The notes below the pieces were generated by a model. That model had not been told where the DNA came from and made no database searches. It saw only the letters and a program-made list of their open reading frames with translations. Shown here piece after piece: positions 21,196-30,272 of a stretch of 64,000 nucleotides of DNA. Source of the DNA: a virus (Duplodnaviria > Heunggongvirae > Uroviricota > Caudoviricetes); the IMG/VR virus record IMGVR_UViG_3300021255_000060, positions 62,961 to 126,960 of that record; one strand, given 5' to 3'. A program made the position numbers and the translations under genes. How positions within the stretch are numbered: position 1 is the stretch's first letter; each line of letters begins with the position of its first letter.

Positions 21196-21265
21196 TGAAA
21201 ATCTTCAGATGAGGATCGAACTCATAACATACGGGTTTCAGGCCAATTTTGATTTGTAAGTTACA
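21196..21265 (-). ncRNA. tRNA-like element: ACTTACAA motif, T-arm-like hairpin ATGAG-TTCGATC-CTCAT, then a 3' hairpin; no 5' half
   Basis: Same architecture as the elements at 16845-16925 and 28150-28228. Confidence 0.3.
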
Positions 21266-21403
21266 TATAAATTTAAATTACAATCCAATAATAAATTGCA
21301 TGAACTAAACTCTTAGCATATTGTGTTTTGTGTTTATACACAACATAATATTTATATCCAAAACTTCTCAAAAACTGAGTAGCTTTTATGATTCTGGGCA
21401 TTG

Positions 21404-21592
21404 TTAACTAAGTTTATTAATCCACCAACCAATTACGTCTTTATGAGGTTTATATAATGCAGCTACAAGTAGTAAAAATACTACTGCAGGAATAACCCAA
21501 GAAATAGGAGTATATACTGCCCAACATATACAAGCTGCAATTGCAATAATATCAAATAATACAATTAAAATTGTTCCAATAATAGCATCCAT
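21404..21592 (-). CDS. small membrane protein (2 TM helices)
   Basis: 62 aa, hydrophobic. Confidence 0.3.
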   Translation of the reverse strand: MDAIIGTILIVLFDIIAIAACICWAVYTPISWVIPAVVFLLLVAALYKPHKDVIGWWINKLS

Positions 21593-21594
21593 AA

Positions 21595-21816
21595 TTATTT
21601 CTTTTTAAATGGGTTAGAAGAAGACAGTCCGGTCCATCCAACATAAGTCCAAATTGACATAAAAAATATTAGAAGGAGAGAACCAAATACAACAACAACT
21701 TCAGGAAGTGCGTATGTCCAAAGCATAATAAGTCCAACCACTCCACAAATATCCAAAAAAATTACTAATAAAGTAACTAAAATGGCTTTAATTTTGTCTT
21801 TTGTTAAATCAGTCAT
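21595..21816 (-). CDS. small membrane protein (2 TM helices)
   Basis: 73 aa, adjacent to the previous gene. Confidence 0.3.
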   Translation of the reverse strand: MTDLTKDKIKAILVTLLVIFLDICGVVGLIMLWTYALPEVVVVFGSLLLIFFMSIWTYVGWTGLSSSNPFKKK

Positions 21817-21818
21817 TT

Positions 21819-22088
21819 TTATTTAATAAGAGCTCGTTTAGTGAAATCTTTTATAATGGCAACTAAATCATTAGTATCGTTAATAGACCAACCGTTATTT
21901 CCAGTTTTAATATTAATAAATCTTGCTACGCCATTATTTCTAGCAGTTAATGTCAAATCTTGACATTCATCTCTATCTTCTGTACAATCTACAGTCTGTA
22001 TATATGTAATACTAACTTCATCTATACAGACTTCGTAATCTCCATAATTCATTTCCTCGAAAGGAACAATCTTTTGTTTATTTTCCAT
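21819..22088 (-). CDS. hypothetical protein
   Basis: 89-aa ORF. Confidence 0.25.
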   Translation of the reverse strand: MENKQKIVPFEEMNYGDYEVCIDEVSITYIQTVDCTEDRDECQDLTLTARNNGVARFINIKTGNNGWSINDTNDLVAIIKDFTKRALIK

Positions 22089-22106
22089 AATAAATAATTA
22101 ATTTTG

Positions 22107-22177
22107 AGCAGAGTAAGGGAATTGAACCCTCGTATCAAGCTTGGAAGGCTTGCATTCTACCACTGAACTAACTCTGC
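22107..22177 (-). tRNA. tRNA-Gly (UCC)
   Basis: Sense GCAGAGT-TA-GTTCAGTGGTAGAAT-G-CAAGC-CTTCCAA-GCTTG..GAGGG-TTCAATT-CCCTT-ACTCTGC. Confidence 0.6.
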
Positions 22178-22186
22178 TTTATTTAG

Positions 22187-22274
22187 TGCCCATAGCAGGA
22201 CTCAAACCTGCACGCTACTATTACTTCGCACTTGATCCTAAGTCAAGGGTGTCTGTCTATTCCACCATATGGGC
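22187..22274 (-). tRNA. tRNA-Leu (UAG), class II
   Basis: Anticodon arm CTTGA-CTTAGGA-TCAAG. Long variable arm. T-arm GCAGG-TTTGAGT-CCTGC. Acceptor GCCCATA/TATGGGC. Confidence 0.55.
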
Positions 22275-22318
22275 ATAAGCGTTGTTATAAAACCGTGCAA
22301 CGCCACACGTTTGGTTAA

Positions 22319-23461
22319 TTAAAAAGGAATTTCTTCATCAAACATATTCATCTGTTGTTCCAATAAACTTGTTTTGGTGTTTACTGGTTCTTTGAACATT
22401 CTTAAGATATTGTCTTTATTACAATCAACAAATTTCTGAGCAACATCTTTTGTACTATCTTGAACCATTCTATCATATTTTAAATAAATTTGATCAAATA
22501 TGATATTATTGTGCATACCGGGACGTACACTAAAGGTGCAATCTTCTGGATATCTCATGTGAAATGCAATGTATTCTTTATTGCGAATTCTAGAATAATA
22601 ACATCTGTAAAGACAATGACACATCATTTCACTTTCCAGAAAAATATCTTTCTCTGTATTTAGAAGTTTAATGTTATCATCACCAATTACTCTTGTATAA
22701 ATCGGAGTTTCATCTTTTTTAGATAATTCTCCGTTTCTTTTAGCAAGAATTTGCTTTTGGTGTTCTTCATTAATTCTTTTTCCTGACCAAGTAAAATCTA
22801 CAATTTGATTAGATTCACAAGCGTACGTTAATAAATCACGATACAGATGTAGATTAGTAAAATGACGTTTAGCAATAACCTGAATACTTTGTTCTACATT
22901 TTTTGTAAAATCTCGTAAGTCATATATACTAAATTCATAAAAATTAGAATTAGTACAGTATTCTCTAACACTTTTCCATGATACATCTTTTAATTGGAAA
23001 CAAGATGCTCCAATTCGTTTATATAATGTTTCTTCACTATATATTCTTTTTGTAAGAAGTGCTCTAAGTATCGTTGATTTTACAAAATAAAAACTTCTAA
23101 TATATTCAGGAATATCTCTAAACCAATTTAAGTTTAAATGTTTTAAAAGAAGCATAACAGCTTCAGCATTACCTCTGACTATAACTTTATTTGGTTCAAT
23201 ATAGACAGATGAAGAAGTTTCTGATTTTCTAAAAATTCTACAGCCAACTCTATTTACTTTTAGAAAGTTAACTGTTGCATAAATTGCATTGTTTTTTACA
23301 CTTAATTTAAATAATTTGTCACCTTGACCTGCATAGTTATATTTTTCTTTATAACTAAGTTCATTAAAATTAAGTGGAAGTTGTTTACAAAGTACTTCTT
23401 GAAAAGAAGTTAATGGAAAATTCTCTACAAACTTTCTAAGTGTAATAGGTTTCTGTTTCAT
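22319..23461 (-). CDS. hypothetical protein (380 aa) ending DEEIPF (third SSB-tip-like tail)
   Basis: Intact ORF. C-terminus ...QQMNMFDEEIPF. Confidence 0.35.
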   Translation of the reverse strand: MKQKPITLRKFVENFPLTSFQEVLCKQLPLNFNELSYKEKYNYAGQGDKLFKLSVKNNAIYATVNFLKVNRVGCRIFRKSETSSSVYIEPNKVIVRGNAEAVMLLLKHLNLNWFRDIPEYIRSFYFVKSTILRALLTKRIYSEETLYKRIGASCFQLKDVSWKSVREYCTNSNFYEFSIYDLRDFTKNVEQSIQVIAKRHFTNLHLYRDLLTYACESNQIVDFTWSGKRINEEHQKQILAKRNGELSKKDETPIYTRVIGDDNIKLLNTEKDIFLESEMMCHCLYRCYYSRIRNKEYIAFHMRYPEDCTFSVRPGMHNNIIFDQIYLKYDRMVQDSTKDVAQKFVDCNKDNILRMFKEPVNTKTSLLEQQMNMFDEEIPF

Positions 23462-23484
23462 AATAATAAAATGAATATTTATAA

Positions 23485-23560
23485 GTCGGGATAGTGCGAC
23501 TCGAACGCACGACCACGTGGTCCCAAACCACGCATTCTAACCAACTGAACTACATCCCGA
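23485..23560 (-). tRNA. tRNA-Pro (UGG)
   Basis: Sense TCGGGAT-GTAGTTCAGTTGGTTAGAAT-G-CGTGG-TTTGGGA-CCACG..GTGCG-TTCGAGT-CGCAC-TATCCCGA. Confidence 0.6.
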
Positions 23561-24060
23561 TGATGTGATTTTTGTCAACTTTTCACAATACTACTTATTG
23601 ATTATCCGGCTCAACCGTACCTCAGCATTTGTTCTACCCATACGATCCTGCTTCGCATTGTTGTTTAACCATTCCTGAGTTATTTTCACCTTTCAAAACT
23701 CCGAAATCGGCGTTCACATGCCTACTCACTAAAACTAGTTTTAAGGAGTAACGTTACCTCTCCCTTAGTGTTCATTTTACAGTGGTCTCACACATTACCG
23801 CTGATATTAACGCATATCTCCACGACGCGCTTTGAGGACGGCGTAGTCCTTGCGGAAGAGGAGGAATTCGAATCCCCGGAACGTTATTAGCGTTCGCTTG
23901 TTTTCAAGACAAGTGCATTAAACCTCTCTGCCACTCTTCCAAAGCGAGAGACTTTCTGTTCCCAGGCGTCTCTCTAAGCCAACCCGGCTGGAAGACACTC
24001 CAGCAAATGCAAGAATCGCATTTCTACGATTCCGTACCCTTTTCAACAACCTGGTTGATA
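23561..24060 (-). ncRNA. about 500-nt ORF-free, GC-richer region between tRNA-Pro and tRNA-Cys (candidate structured ncRNA)
   Basis: No ORF of 60 aa or more on either strand. Visibly higher GC than the flanks. Contains GGAGGAATTCGAATCCCCGG and several stem-forming segments. Confidence 0.3.
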
Positions 24061-24065
24061 GGATG

Positions 24066-24138
24066 TGGAACGTAGGGGATTTGAACCCCTCCTATAGGCT
24101 TGCAAAGCCCACGTGCTACCAACTATCACTAACGTCCC
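24066..24138 (-). tRNA. tRNA-Cys (GCA)
   Basis: Anticodon arm GGGCT-TTGCAAG-AGCCT. T-arm GAGGGG-TTCAAAT-CCCCT. Acceptor GGGACGT/ACGTTCC. Confidence 0.55.
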
Positions 24139-24756
24139 TTACTCATGTTTAAAATACAACAATGTAGGATTATCTTTGTGAATATCTATATTTGAATATT
24201 CTTGACTAAATTTCTGATAATTAAATGGAGATGTAATTAGATGAACACCATGTAAAGTTGGAACTCTAAACTTTATTTTAGATTCAACAGTGTGTGGTTC
24301 TAGCGAATCAATAAACAGTTCCAAAGATTTTATATCACCTTTATTGATTGCGTTATATTTTGTTTCATCATAATCAATATCAACAATCCATTTCTTATCA
24401 GATTCGTCTGCATATTTACCTACAACAGATGGAATTAAATTAGGAAAATGAAGATAATTATCATCAATTGCCATTTTTGCAGCATCAGCAAGCATATTTA
24501 ACATACACTTCTTATAAGAACGTCTATTAAGAAGAATATATACTCTTGCTCCAGTACAATCAGATAATTTTTTTACTTCATCTTCAATTTTATTATAATA
24601 CTCAAGAGAATAAACAAAATAGTATTTTACCATTCGATTGTTTGCAGGAAAAGAAGAATCATCTTTCTTTCTTTGCATTAGTTCTATAAAATAGAATTTG
24701 TCTTTATCAGAGAAATCTAATTTCTCTCTAATCAAGTTCCAATTATCTACTACCAT
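24139..24756 (-). CDS. hypothetical protein
   Basis: 205-aa ORF. Confidence 0.3.
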   Translation of the reverse strand: MVVDNWNLIREKLDFSDKDKFYFIELMQRKKDDSSFPANNRMVKYYFVYSLEYYNKIEDEVKKLSDCTGARVYILLNRRSYKKCMLNMLADAAKMAIDDNYLHFPNLIPSVVGKYADESDKKWIVDIDYDETKYNAINKGDIKSLELFIDSLEPHTVESKIKFRVPTLHGVHLITSPFNYQKFSQEYSNIDIHKDNPTLLYFKHE

Positions 24757-24762
24757 ATTTCA

Positions 24763-24963
24763 TTAATGGTTTAAAGTATCGTGTAATTCTTGCAAGATCC
24801 GCAATTGATTATCCACTTTAACTTTTATAGAAAAATATGAAAACCAGTTTGGACTAAAAGAACTAGCTTTAAGTAAATTTTTATTCAAATCTTCTATAAT
24901 TTTTCTAGTATCTTTTATAGATGATTGAACATTTTCCTTTAATTTATCTATTGCTGTTTCCAT
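24763..24963 (-). CDS. hypothetical protein
   Basis: 66-aa ORF. Confidence 0.2.
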   Translation of the reverse strand: METAIDKLKENVQSSIKDTRKIIEDLNKNLLKASSFSPNWFSYFSIKVKVDNQLRILQELHDTLNH

Positions 24964-25547
24964 AATTCAATTTGAGAATTAATCTTATTGTTTAATTCTT
25001 CCCAAGAAATAGGAAAATAATTGTTGTTGTCTACTCCAACATCATATTGTGTTGGATATAGATATTGAAGTCTTCCAATATCTGCACCAGTAGAACCTGG
25101 TTGACTATGAACATGTCCAAATGCTTGAATTGCATAGTTATTACCATATAGTACCGAATCACTATGGGCAAAGCATAAAAATGGAAAGTGATTTAAATAA
25201 ACTGTTCTTCCATCAACAGTAATTCTTGCTTGATAAGCAACATCTTCAAACAAATGATACAAAGATTGTTGAAGATTCTTATCATCATGATTACCTTTTA
25301 TGAGAATTATATGCCCATTTAATTGTTCTCTAATACTTTTCCACTTAGGTGCACCAGCAAAACAAAAATCACCAAGATGAAAAATAGTATCATCTTGTTT
25401 AACAACCGAATTCCAATTATCAATTAATGCTTGATCATGTTCTTCAATTGTATTCCAAGGACGATTACAAAATCGTAGAATATTATTATGACAAAAATGA
25501 GAATCGGATGTAAACCACAATCCATCTCCTGTATATTTAGTTATCAT
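24948..25547 (-). CDS. metallophosphoesterase
   Basis: Motifs FTSDSHFCH, IFHLGDFCF, IKGNHD and FGHVHS. Confidence 0.5.
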   Translation of the reverse strand: MITKYTGDGLWFTSDSHFCHNNILRFCNRPWNTIEEHDQALIDNWNSVVKQDDTIFHLGDFCFAGAPKWKSIREQLNGHIILIKGNHDDKNLQQSLYHLFEDVAYQARITVDGRTVYLNHFPFLCFAHSDSVLYGNNYAIQAFGHVHSQPGSTGADIGRLQYLYPTQYDVGVDNNNYFPISWEELNNKINSQIELWKQQ

Positions 25548-25854
25548 TTTCTACATCTTCGTAATCTATAAATTGTATCTTCTCAGACATTTTCTTTTTT
25601 AGATATGTTTGAGCTTCATTATAATCATCGAACTCTGCAGGCCAATCCACCATATGTTCATAAATATTTGTTACTTCAAAGAATGGCCACCAAAGTAAAA
25701 ACCTTTTAAACTGTGGAACATATATAGTTTTACCACCATGATAATGTTCTTTTTTAATCCGGAATTTCATATCTTTTAAACTTTTGTCTATTATAAACTG
25801 TTTTAGGAACATGAATCTTTTTTCTAAAGATAATTTGTTTACCATGAGATTCAA
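25537..25854 (-). CDS. hypothetical protein
   Basis: 105-aa ORF. Confidence 0.25.
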   Translation of the reverse strand: MNLMVNKLSLEKRFMFLKQFIIDKSLKDMKFRIKKEHYHGGKTIYVPQFKRFLLWWPFFEVTNIYEHMVDWPAEFDDYNEAQTYLKKKMSEKIQFIDYEDVENDN

Positions 25855-25923
25855 TTTCCTCTTCTCTAGCTGCCTTTCTATTAGCCAGCATAAAGTCTTT
25901 TTGTGTAATTCTGTATTTCATAG

Positions 25924-25995
25924 AGCCTCCTATCGGAATCGAACCAATATCTACTGATTACAAATCAGTTATAATAACCTTTATACTAAGGAGGC
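25924..25995 (-). tRNA. tRNA-Thr (UGU)
   Basis: Anticodon arm ACTGA-TTTGTAA-TCAGT. T-arm ATTGG-TTCGATT-CCGAT. Acceptor GCCTCCT/AGGAGGC. AT-rich D-arm. Confidence 0.5.
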
Positions 25996-26003
25996 AAGCA
26001 TAA

Positions 26004-26309
26004 TTATCCAATTCTACAACGTGTTATATCAAAAGCAGTCTCAAGCTTTTTATAAATATCAGATAAGACATTATTATATCTAATTTTATACTTTCCAGTT
26101 AAATTTGGTTTTCTTGCAGAATTAAATAAATTTATTATCCAAATTTTACAATTTACATATTGCATGTACGTTTTGCAAGAATCTAGTACTTTACATACAT
26201 AGTCACATTTAACAAACAAACCATTTGGTCCATAAACCTCTTCCATATAAATTTCTTTAGAAGATTTTGGAAGCAGCTTCTTTAATGAGATTTTCATGAT
26301 TAAATGCAA
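26004..26309 (-). CDS. hypothetical protein
   Basis: 101-aa ORF. Confidence 0.25.
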   Translation of the reverse strand: MHLIMKISLKKLLPKSSKEIYMEEVYGPNGLFVKCDYVCKVLDSCKTYMQYVNCKIWIINLFNSARKPNLTGKYKIRYNNVLSDIYKKLETAFDITRCRIG

Positions 26310-26742
26310 ATTGATAGTTATCTATTTCATCAAGTTTAATCCATTTAACTTCTTCTACTTCATCTGGTTCAGAATTAGATGTATCAAATCTTTGAGTAAA
26401 ATATGTAGAAGAATAAAATATAAATCTAAATGTTACATTCTGTCTAGTTTCATTTGGATCGTCATTGTATCCAAGATTATCTTCAATCAATGTATAACTT
26501 ACATCAACTCCGGTTTCTTCCTTAATTTCACGAATGCAACATTCTTTAACTGTTTCATTATAGTCAAGATATCCGCAAGGACAACACCAGTATCCTTGAT
26601 AATTTGGAGTACCTTTTCCTCTTTTCGTTATTAAAACAACTGGTTCTTGTTTTTCGTTTACAGAAAATACAAAACCTACGGTAGCAATTGAACGACTAAT
26701 TCAATATTCTCTACCATCTACTATTACTGGAAAATTATTCAT
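26257..26742 (-). CDS. NUDIX hydrolase (in-frame TGA codons)
   Basis: Hand translation from the ATG at 26742 gives MNNFPVIVDGREY[W]ISRS...GYWCCPCGYLDYNETVKECCIREIKEETGV, a Nudix box G.5E.7REuxEExGu. It is in frame with ORF 26257..26490. Confidence 0.55.
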
Positions 26743-26758
26743 ATTAAAAATGTTTTAG

Positions 26759-26833
26759 AAGCGCAGGTTGGACTCGAACCAACGTACACCTGCTTATGAG
26801 ACAGGGCTGGAACCATCTCCAGTCTACCGCGCT
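26759..26833 (-). tRNA. tRNA-Met/Ile2-type (CAU)
   Basis: Anticodon arm CCTGT-CTCATAA-GCAGG. T-arm GTTGG-TTCGAGT-CCAAC. Acceptor AGCGCGG/CTGCGCT. Confidence 0.5.
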
Positions 26834-26841
26834 ATTTTAAG

Positions 26842-26912
26842 TTGCGCTGCTCTGGTTCGAACAGAGACTAAGGGAACCAAAATCCCTGGTGCTGCCATTA
26901 CACCACAGCGCA
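26842..26912 (-). tRNA. tRNA-Gln (UUG)
   Basis: Anticodon arm AGGGA-TTTTGGT-TCCCT. T-arm CTCTG-TTCGAAC-CAGAG. Acceptor TGCGCTG/CAGCGCA. Confidence 0.5.
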
Positions 26913-26989
26913 ATACAGATTATGTAACTTAAACAAAAATTATCAATTTAAACTCATAATAAAAAGGTTGTAAGTTACATTATTAAACA

Positions 26990-27676
26990 CTAAATAACAG
27001 TTACCAAATATTCAGTAACTATATATCTTCGCCAAGATGCACTAAATATCATTTGTGTACCTTTAGGAAGTTTCCATTTATGGACCATATTATAAATATT
27101 TTTCTTTGTTAATGGTCCTATAACAAATTTAGCAGAAGATGTCCAAGGTAGTTCTTCATCGTTAGTATACCATTCATCAGTATCTTCATTGTACCACATT
27201 GAATCCTTATTTTTACTTCTTTTCCCTTTTACCCAATAAGGTGTTTCAATATGCCAACACATATTAGAATCTCTAAATGGTGTTCCAAGAATTCTTTCTA
27301 TTTTTATTTTCTTACCTGTTTCTGGACGTACATATGTATCATATGGAGATGTTCCATTTTTTATTTGTTCATACAAACTTTCATTGTGATCAGTAAATGC
27401 TGTCTTAGACCATCCACCTCCATATTGTTCTTTTAATCTATTCTGAATAAAATCAAAAGGACAATTTCTAATTAACCAAATATCAAAATATGTTGGAGTG
27501 TTCCAAAGAACTTTTTCTTTGCCAAATTCTTCCTTTGTAATATCTGGATAATAAATAAAATCAGATGGATAGATTACTTGTCCATTCGAAAGTTTGAATG
27601 ATTTATCTTGACACCAATCAATTACTTTCTTGTAATCTTCGTATGATGTAATATATGTCTTATCTATTCCTGCCAT
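26990..27676 (-). CDS. hypothetical protein
   Basis: 228-aa ORF. Confidence 0.3.
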   Translation of the reverse strand: MAGIDKTYITSYEDYKKVIDWCQDKSFKLSNGQVIYPSDFIYYPDITKEEFGKEKVLWNTPTYFDIWLIRNCPFDFIQNRLKEQYGGGWSKTAFTDHNESLYEQIKNGTSPYDTYVRPETGKKIKIERILGTPFRDSNMCWHIETPYWVKGKRSKNKDSMWYNEDTDEWYTNDEELPWTSSAKFVIGPLTKKNIYNMVHKWKLPKGTQMIFSASWRRYIVTEYLVTVI

Positions 27677-28006
27677 ATTCTAATAGACATTGTTTTAAAA
27701 ATTCTTCAATTACTTTTTTATTATTACCATCTGCGTTCTTAAGAAGCATACGATAAAAGTTGATATAGGTAATCAACGTTGTTTTAGCTTGTCCTTGAAA
27801 AATCATAATAAATTAAAAGTCTTATTTCATCAGCCGGAGGAAAGACTTTAAGAAACCCGGAAGTCCGTGAGTGTAGGATTTGTTTTGTATTATGGCCAAG
27901 TACCTACTTTCCTATAGTTAGACAACCAAAATGGAAATTAAAGTCGCTATAGATGGAATTTGCCACTCCCCCACATTTCCTTTTAAAAGTCTAATGCTAC
28001 TTTGGC

Positions 28007-28078
28007 TTAACATGTTGGATTTGAACCAACGTATTCAAGTTCCTGATACTTGCGTGATAACCACTTCACTAATGTTAG
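28007..28078 (-). tRNA. class I tRNA with apparent anticodon CAG (atypical for bacterial tRNA-Leu, which has a long variable arm)
   Basis: Anticodon arm CAAGT-ATCAGGA-ACTTG. D-arm GTGA-AGTGGTTA-TCAC. T-arm GTTGG-TTCAAAT-CCAAC. Short variable loop AATAC. Discriminator G. Confidence 0.4.
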
Positions 28079-28149
28079 ATAGATCTAAATTATTGTAAGT
28101 AGCATAAAATATATTTCTAAAGACACTTAAATCTTTGCTGGAACCATTC

Positions 28150-28228
28150 AGCTATTTGACCTAAAAGATGGCAGTCAAAACCGGATTCGAACCGATATAT
28201 AAGAAATTATTTTATTGTAAGTGTCTTA
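28150..28228 (-). ncRNA. tRNA-like element: ACTTACAA motif, TAnnTTTG-like motif (TTTCTTATATATCGG), T-arm ATCGG-TTCGAAT-CCGGT, then TTTTGACTG-CCA followed by a hairpin
   Basis: Lies immediately downstream of the terminator hairpin of the vWA gene. No 5' acceptor partner was found within 100 nt. Confidence 0.3.
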
Positions 28229-28245
28229 TAACCATTTCGTTTTAC

Positions 28246-28292
28246 AAATTTAGGGATTATTTCTGAAAAATCCAAATTTAATCCCTAAATTT
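28246..28292 (-). terminator. stem-loop terminator of the vWA gene
   Basis: Sense ATTTAGGGATTA-AATTTGGATTTTTCAGAAA-TAATCCCTAAAT, a perfect 12-bp stem directly after the stop codon. Confidence 0.4.
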
Positions 28293-28294
28293 TT

Positions 28295-30121
28295 TTAAAG
28301 AACATTCTGTCGGACTGGTTCATATCTGTTACTCCTATAGAGAGATTGAAGTGGAGTATAAACATCAAAGATGTCAATATCCTTAAAATTGACAAGCATT
28401 TGCTCAATCAATTCAATCTTTCCAGGAATATACATTACCTGATCAAGATCTGCAAAATGATTTACATCATAATTGTTATAGTTCTTGATCTCAATAATTA
28501 CAAGATATGGAGTAAATCCAAGATACTGCTGACATTTATGCTGGAATTCCAGTACGCTTTCCTTAGCGTTCCAACTAGAGTTTATATCACCATCAGAACA
28601 GATAACCCATACAGGATATTCAGCAAGAGCATCCTTAATCTCAGGATCATTCAATCCAATCCTCTTGATTTCATCAGTCATGCCTCCAAGATTGGTTCCA
28701 CCTCCCTTAAAGGCAGCATTGAGATACTTAGAGATTCTCTCATAGTTCTCATACAAACTAAGTTCTGGAACAACAAACGGTTCAGGCTTAATTTGAATTG
28801 CAGGCTGACGATGCCAGAACGAATTAACTTGATTGTGTCCCTGCAAATCAATAGCAGAAAGGAATCTACCCTGATTTGCAAACATTCCAATCAAATTACG
28901 AGCAGTATCATCTGGATTCTTAACAAGAAGAATTGATGCTAGGAACGCTGCAAAATTGAATGGAGCACCTTGCATAGATCCAGATTCATCAATGATTGTC
29001 AAGAAGTTAAATGGAAGGTTTACCTTATTGGCAAAAGACTCCAAACGGAGTTTATCAACATTTCCATTAAGAATATCTTGATAGAGCTCCTTAAATGTTG
29101 TTGCACCAACAGTAACTTTTGCTTCTTTTTTAACTTTCTCAAGACGAACCTGTTCTTCTACAGATGCTGTACCCTGACGAACCTTTTCTTCAAGAACACG
29201 CTGTTCTTTCTGAGCCTCATCTTTATAACGTTCCCAGTTTTCAAACCAAGTCTTCAGTTTAGGCCACTTAAGACCAGATTCAGGTTTATTCTTCTGATTA
29301 TATGAATAGAACACTCTATTCTTTACACGATATCTTGCTTGTGCAGGAAGTTTGTTGAGCCAGTTAGTAAACTCTACCTGATCAAACTCATTAATCTTTC
29401 CAGAGGAGAATAGAACAGACTCAAGATCAGAGTTATACTGCTTACGCCACATTCGATATCCTCTAAAGTTGGCATAATTGCCAGCAAAGATATAATCCCA
29501 TCCAAGCTTATTAGAAATATCCTTAAGGAACTGAGCCTTTTCCATCATATTCCTATAAGTATCAGTAAGCATCTGTTTGTGACCAGAACGCTTACCAAGA
29601 CGAGGAAGAGTCAAGAACTTTGCTACAAGCATCTTATTAAAAGGATTTGAACCATTAATAATACTTACAACATAGTCTGCAAGGTCATTCCTATAAGTCG
29701 GATTGGAAAGCATACGATAAACAGCAGAAACTCTATAAGTTCCAGGGATAGTTTTTACACGATTCCTGAAAAGATGATCAAAGCAAGTATACTCATTAAA
29801 GAGTCCAGCATTAAGAAATACTTTAAACTGTTCATAGTCGTTCTGAATCATCCAATTCATAATCGTAAAGAATCCTTCACGATTCGACTGTCCACCAGTA
29901 TCTTTCTTCTTTCCACGAAAGATATTGTGTTCACGATTAGTAATATCTCCAATAGAGAAGAGAAGAGAATAGAACATCTCTTTCTTTACTTTATCAGATT
30001 TTACTTCATTATATGCAGCAGTGATTGCAGCATCATTAATATTATGTCCCTGGAAAAGAGACAAACAAGCCTTTAGTCCGTAGAACGGATTTTCGTTCTT
30101 CTTGTTAAATTCGATTTGCAT
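28295..30121 (-). CDS. von Willebrand factor A (MIDAS) domain protein with a roughly 370-aa helical N-terminal region; Ro60/TROVE-like architecture suspected
   Basis: 608-aa intact ORF. NFLTIIDESGSMQG (DxSGS MIDAS) lies at about residues 378-383, the same position as the DVSASM MIDAS in 60-kDa Ro proteins. Coiled-coil EEQVRLEKVKKEAK. Confidence 0.45.
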   Translation of the reverse strand: MQIEFNKKNENPFYGLKACLSLFQGHNINDAAITAAYNEVKSDKVKKEMFYSLLFSIGDITNREHNIFRGKKKDTGGQSNREGFFTIMNWMIQNDYEQFKVFLNAGLFNEYTCFDHLFRNRVKTIPGTYRVSAVYRMLSNPTYRNDLADYVVSIINGSNPFNKMLVAKFLTLPRLGKRSGHKQMLTDTYRNMMEKAQFLKDISNKLGWDYIFAGNYANFRGYRMWRKQYNSDLESVLFSSGKINEFDQVEFTNWLNKLPAQARYRVKNRVFYSYNQKNKPESGLKWPKLKTWFENWERYKDEAQKEQRVLEEKVRQGTASVEEQVRLEKVKKEAKVTVGATTFKELYQDILNGNVDKLRLESFANKVNLPFNFLTIIDESGSMQGAPFNFAAFLASILLVKNPDDTARNLIGMFANQGRFLSAIDLQGHNQVNSFWHRQPAIQIKPEPFVVPELSLYENYERISKYLNAAFKGGGTNLGGMTDEIKRIGLNDPEIKDALAEYPVWVICSDGDINSSWNAKESVLEFQHKCQQYLGFTPYLVIIEIKNYNNYDVNHFADLDQVMYIPGKIELIEQMLVNFKDIDIFDVYTPLQSLYRSNRYEPVRQNVL

Positions 30122-30272
30122 GTTACTTCTTTATTTCAACATTTGTCACAAAGACCACAACGGTCAAATAAATTATAAATCGTTCAATATATAGGCTTAG
30201 AGGAGGTCATTACAACCTCCTCTCCACACTCTATACATTTGTACGTATGTGTATAAGATAACATTCTATAGA

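Noticed and set aside
28150-28228. attP-type tRNA 3' fragment marking an integration module
   Set aside because: No integrase or recombinase gene nearby, and the same T-arm-plus-hairpin architecture recurs four times. More likely a family of tRNA-like elements.
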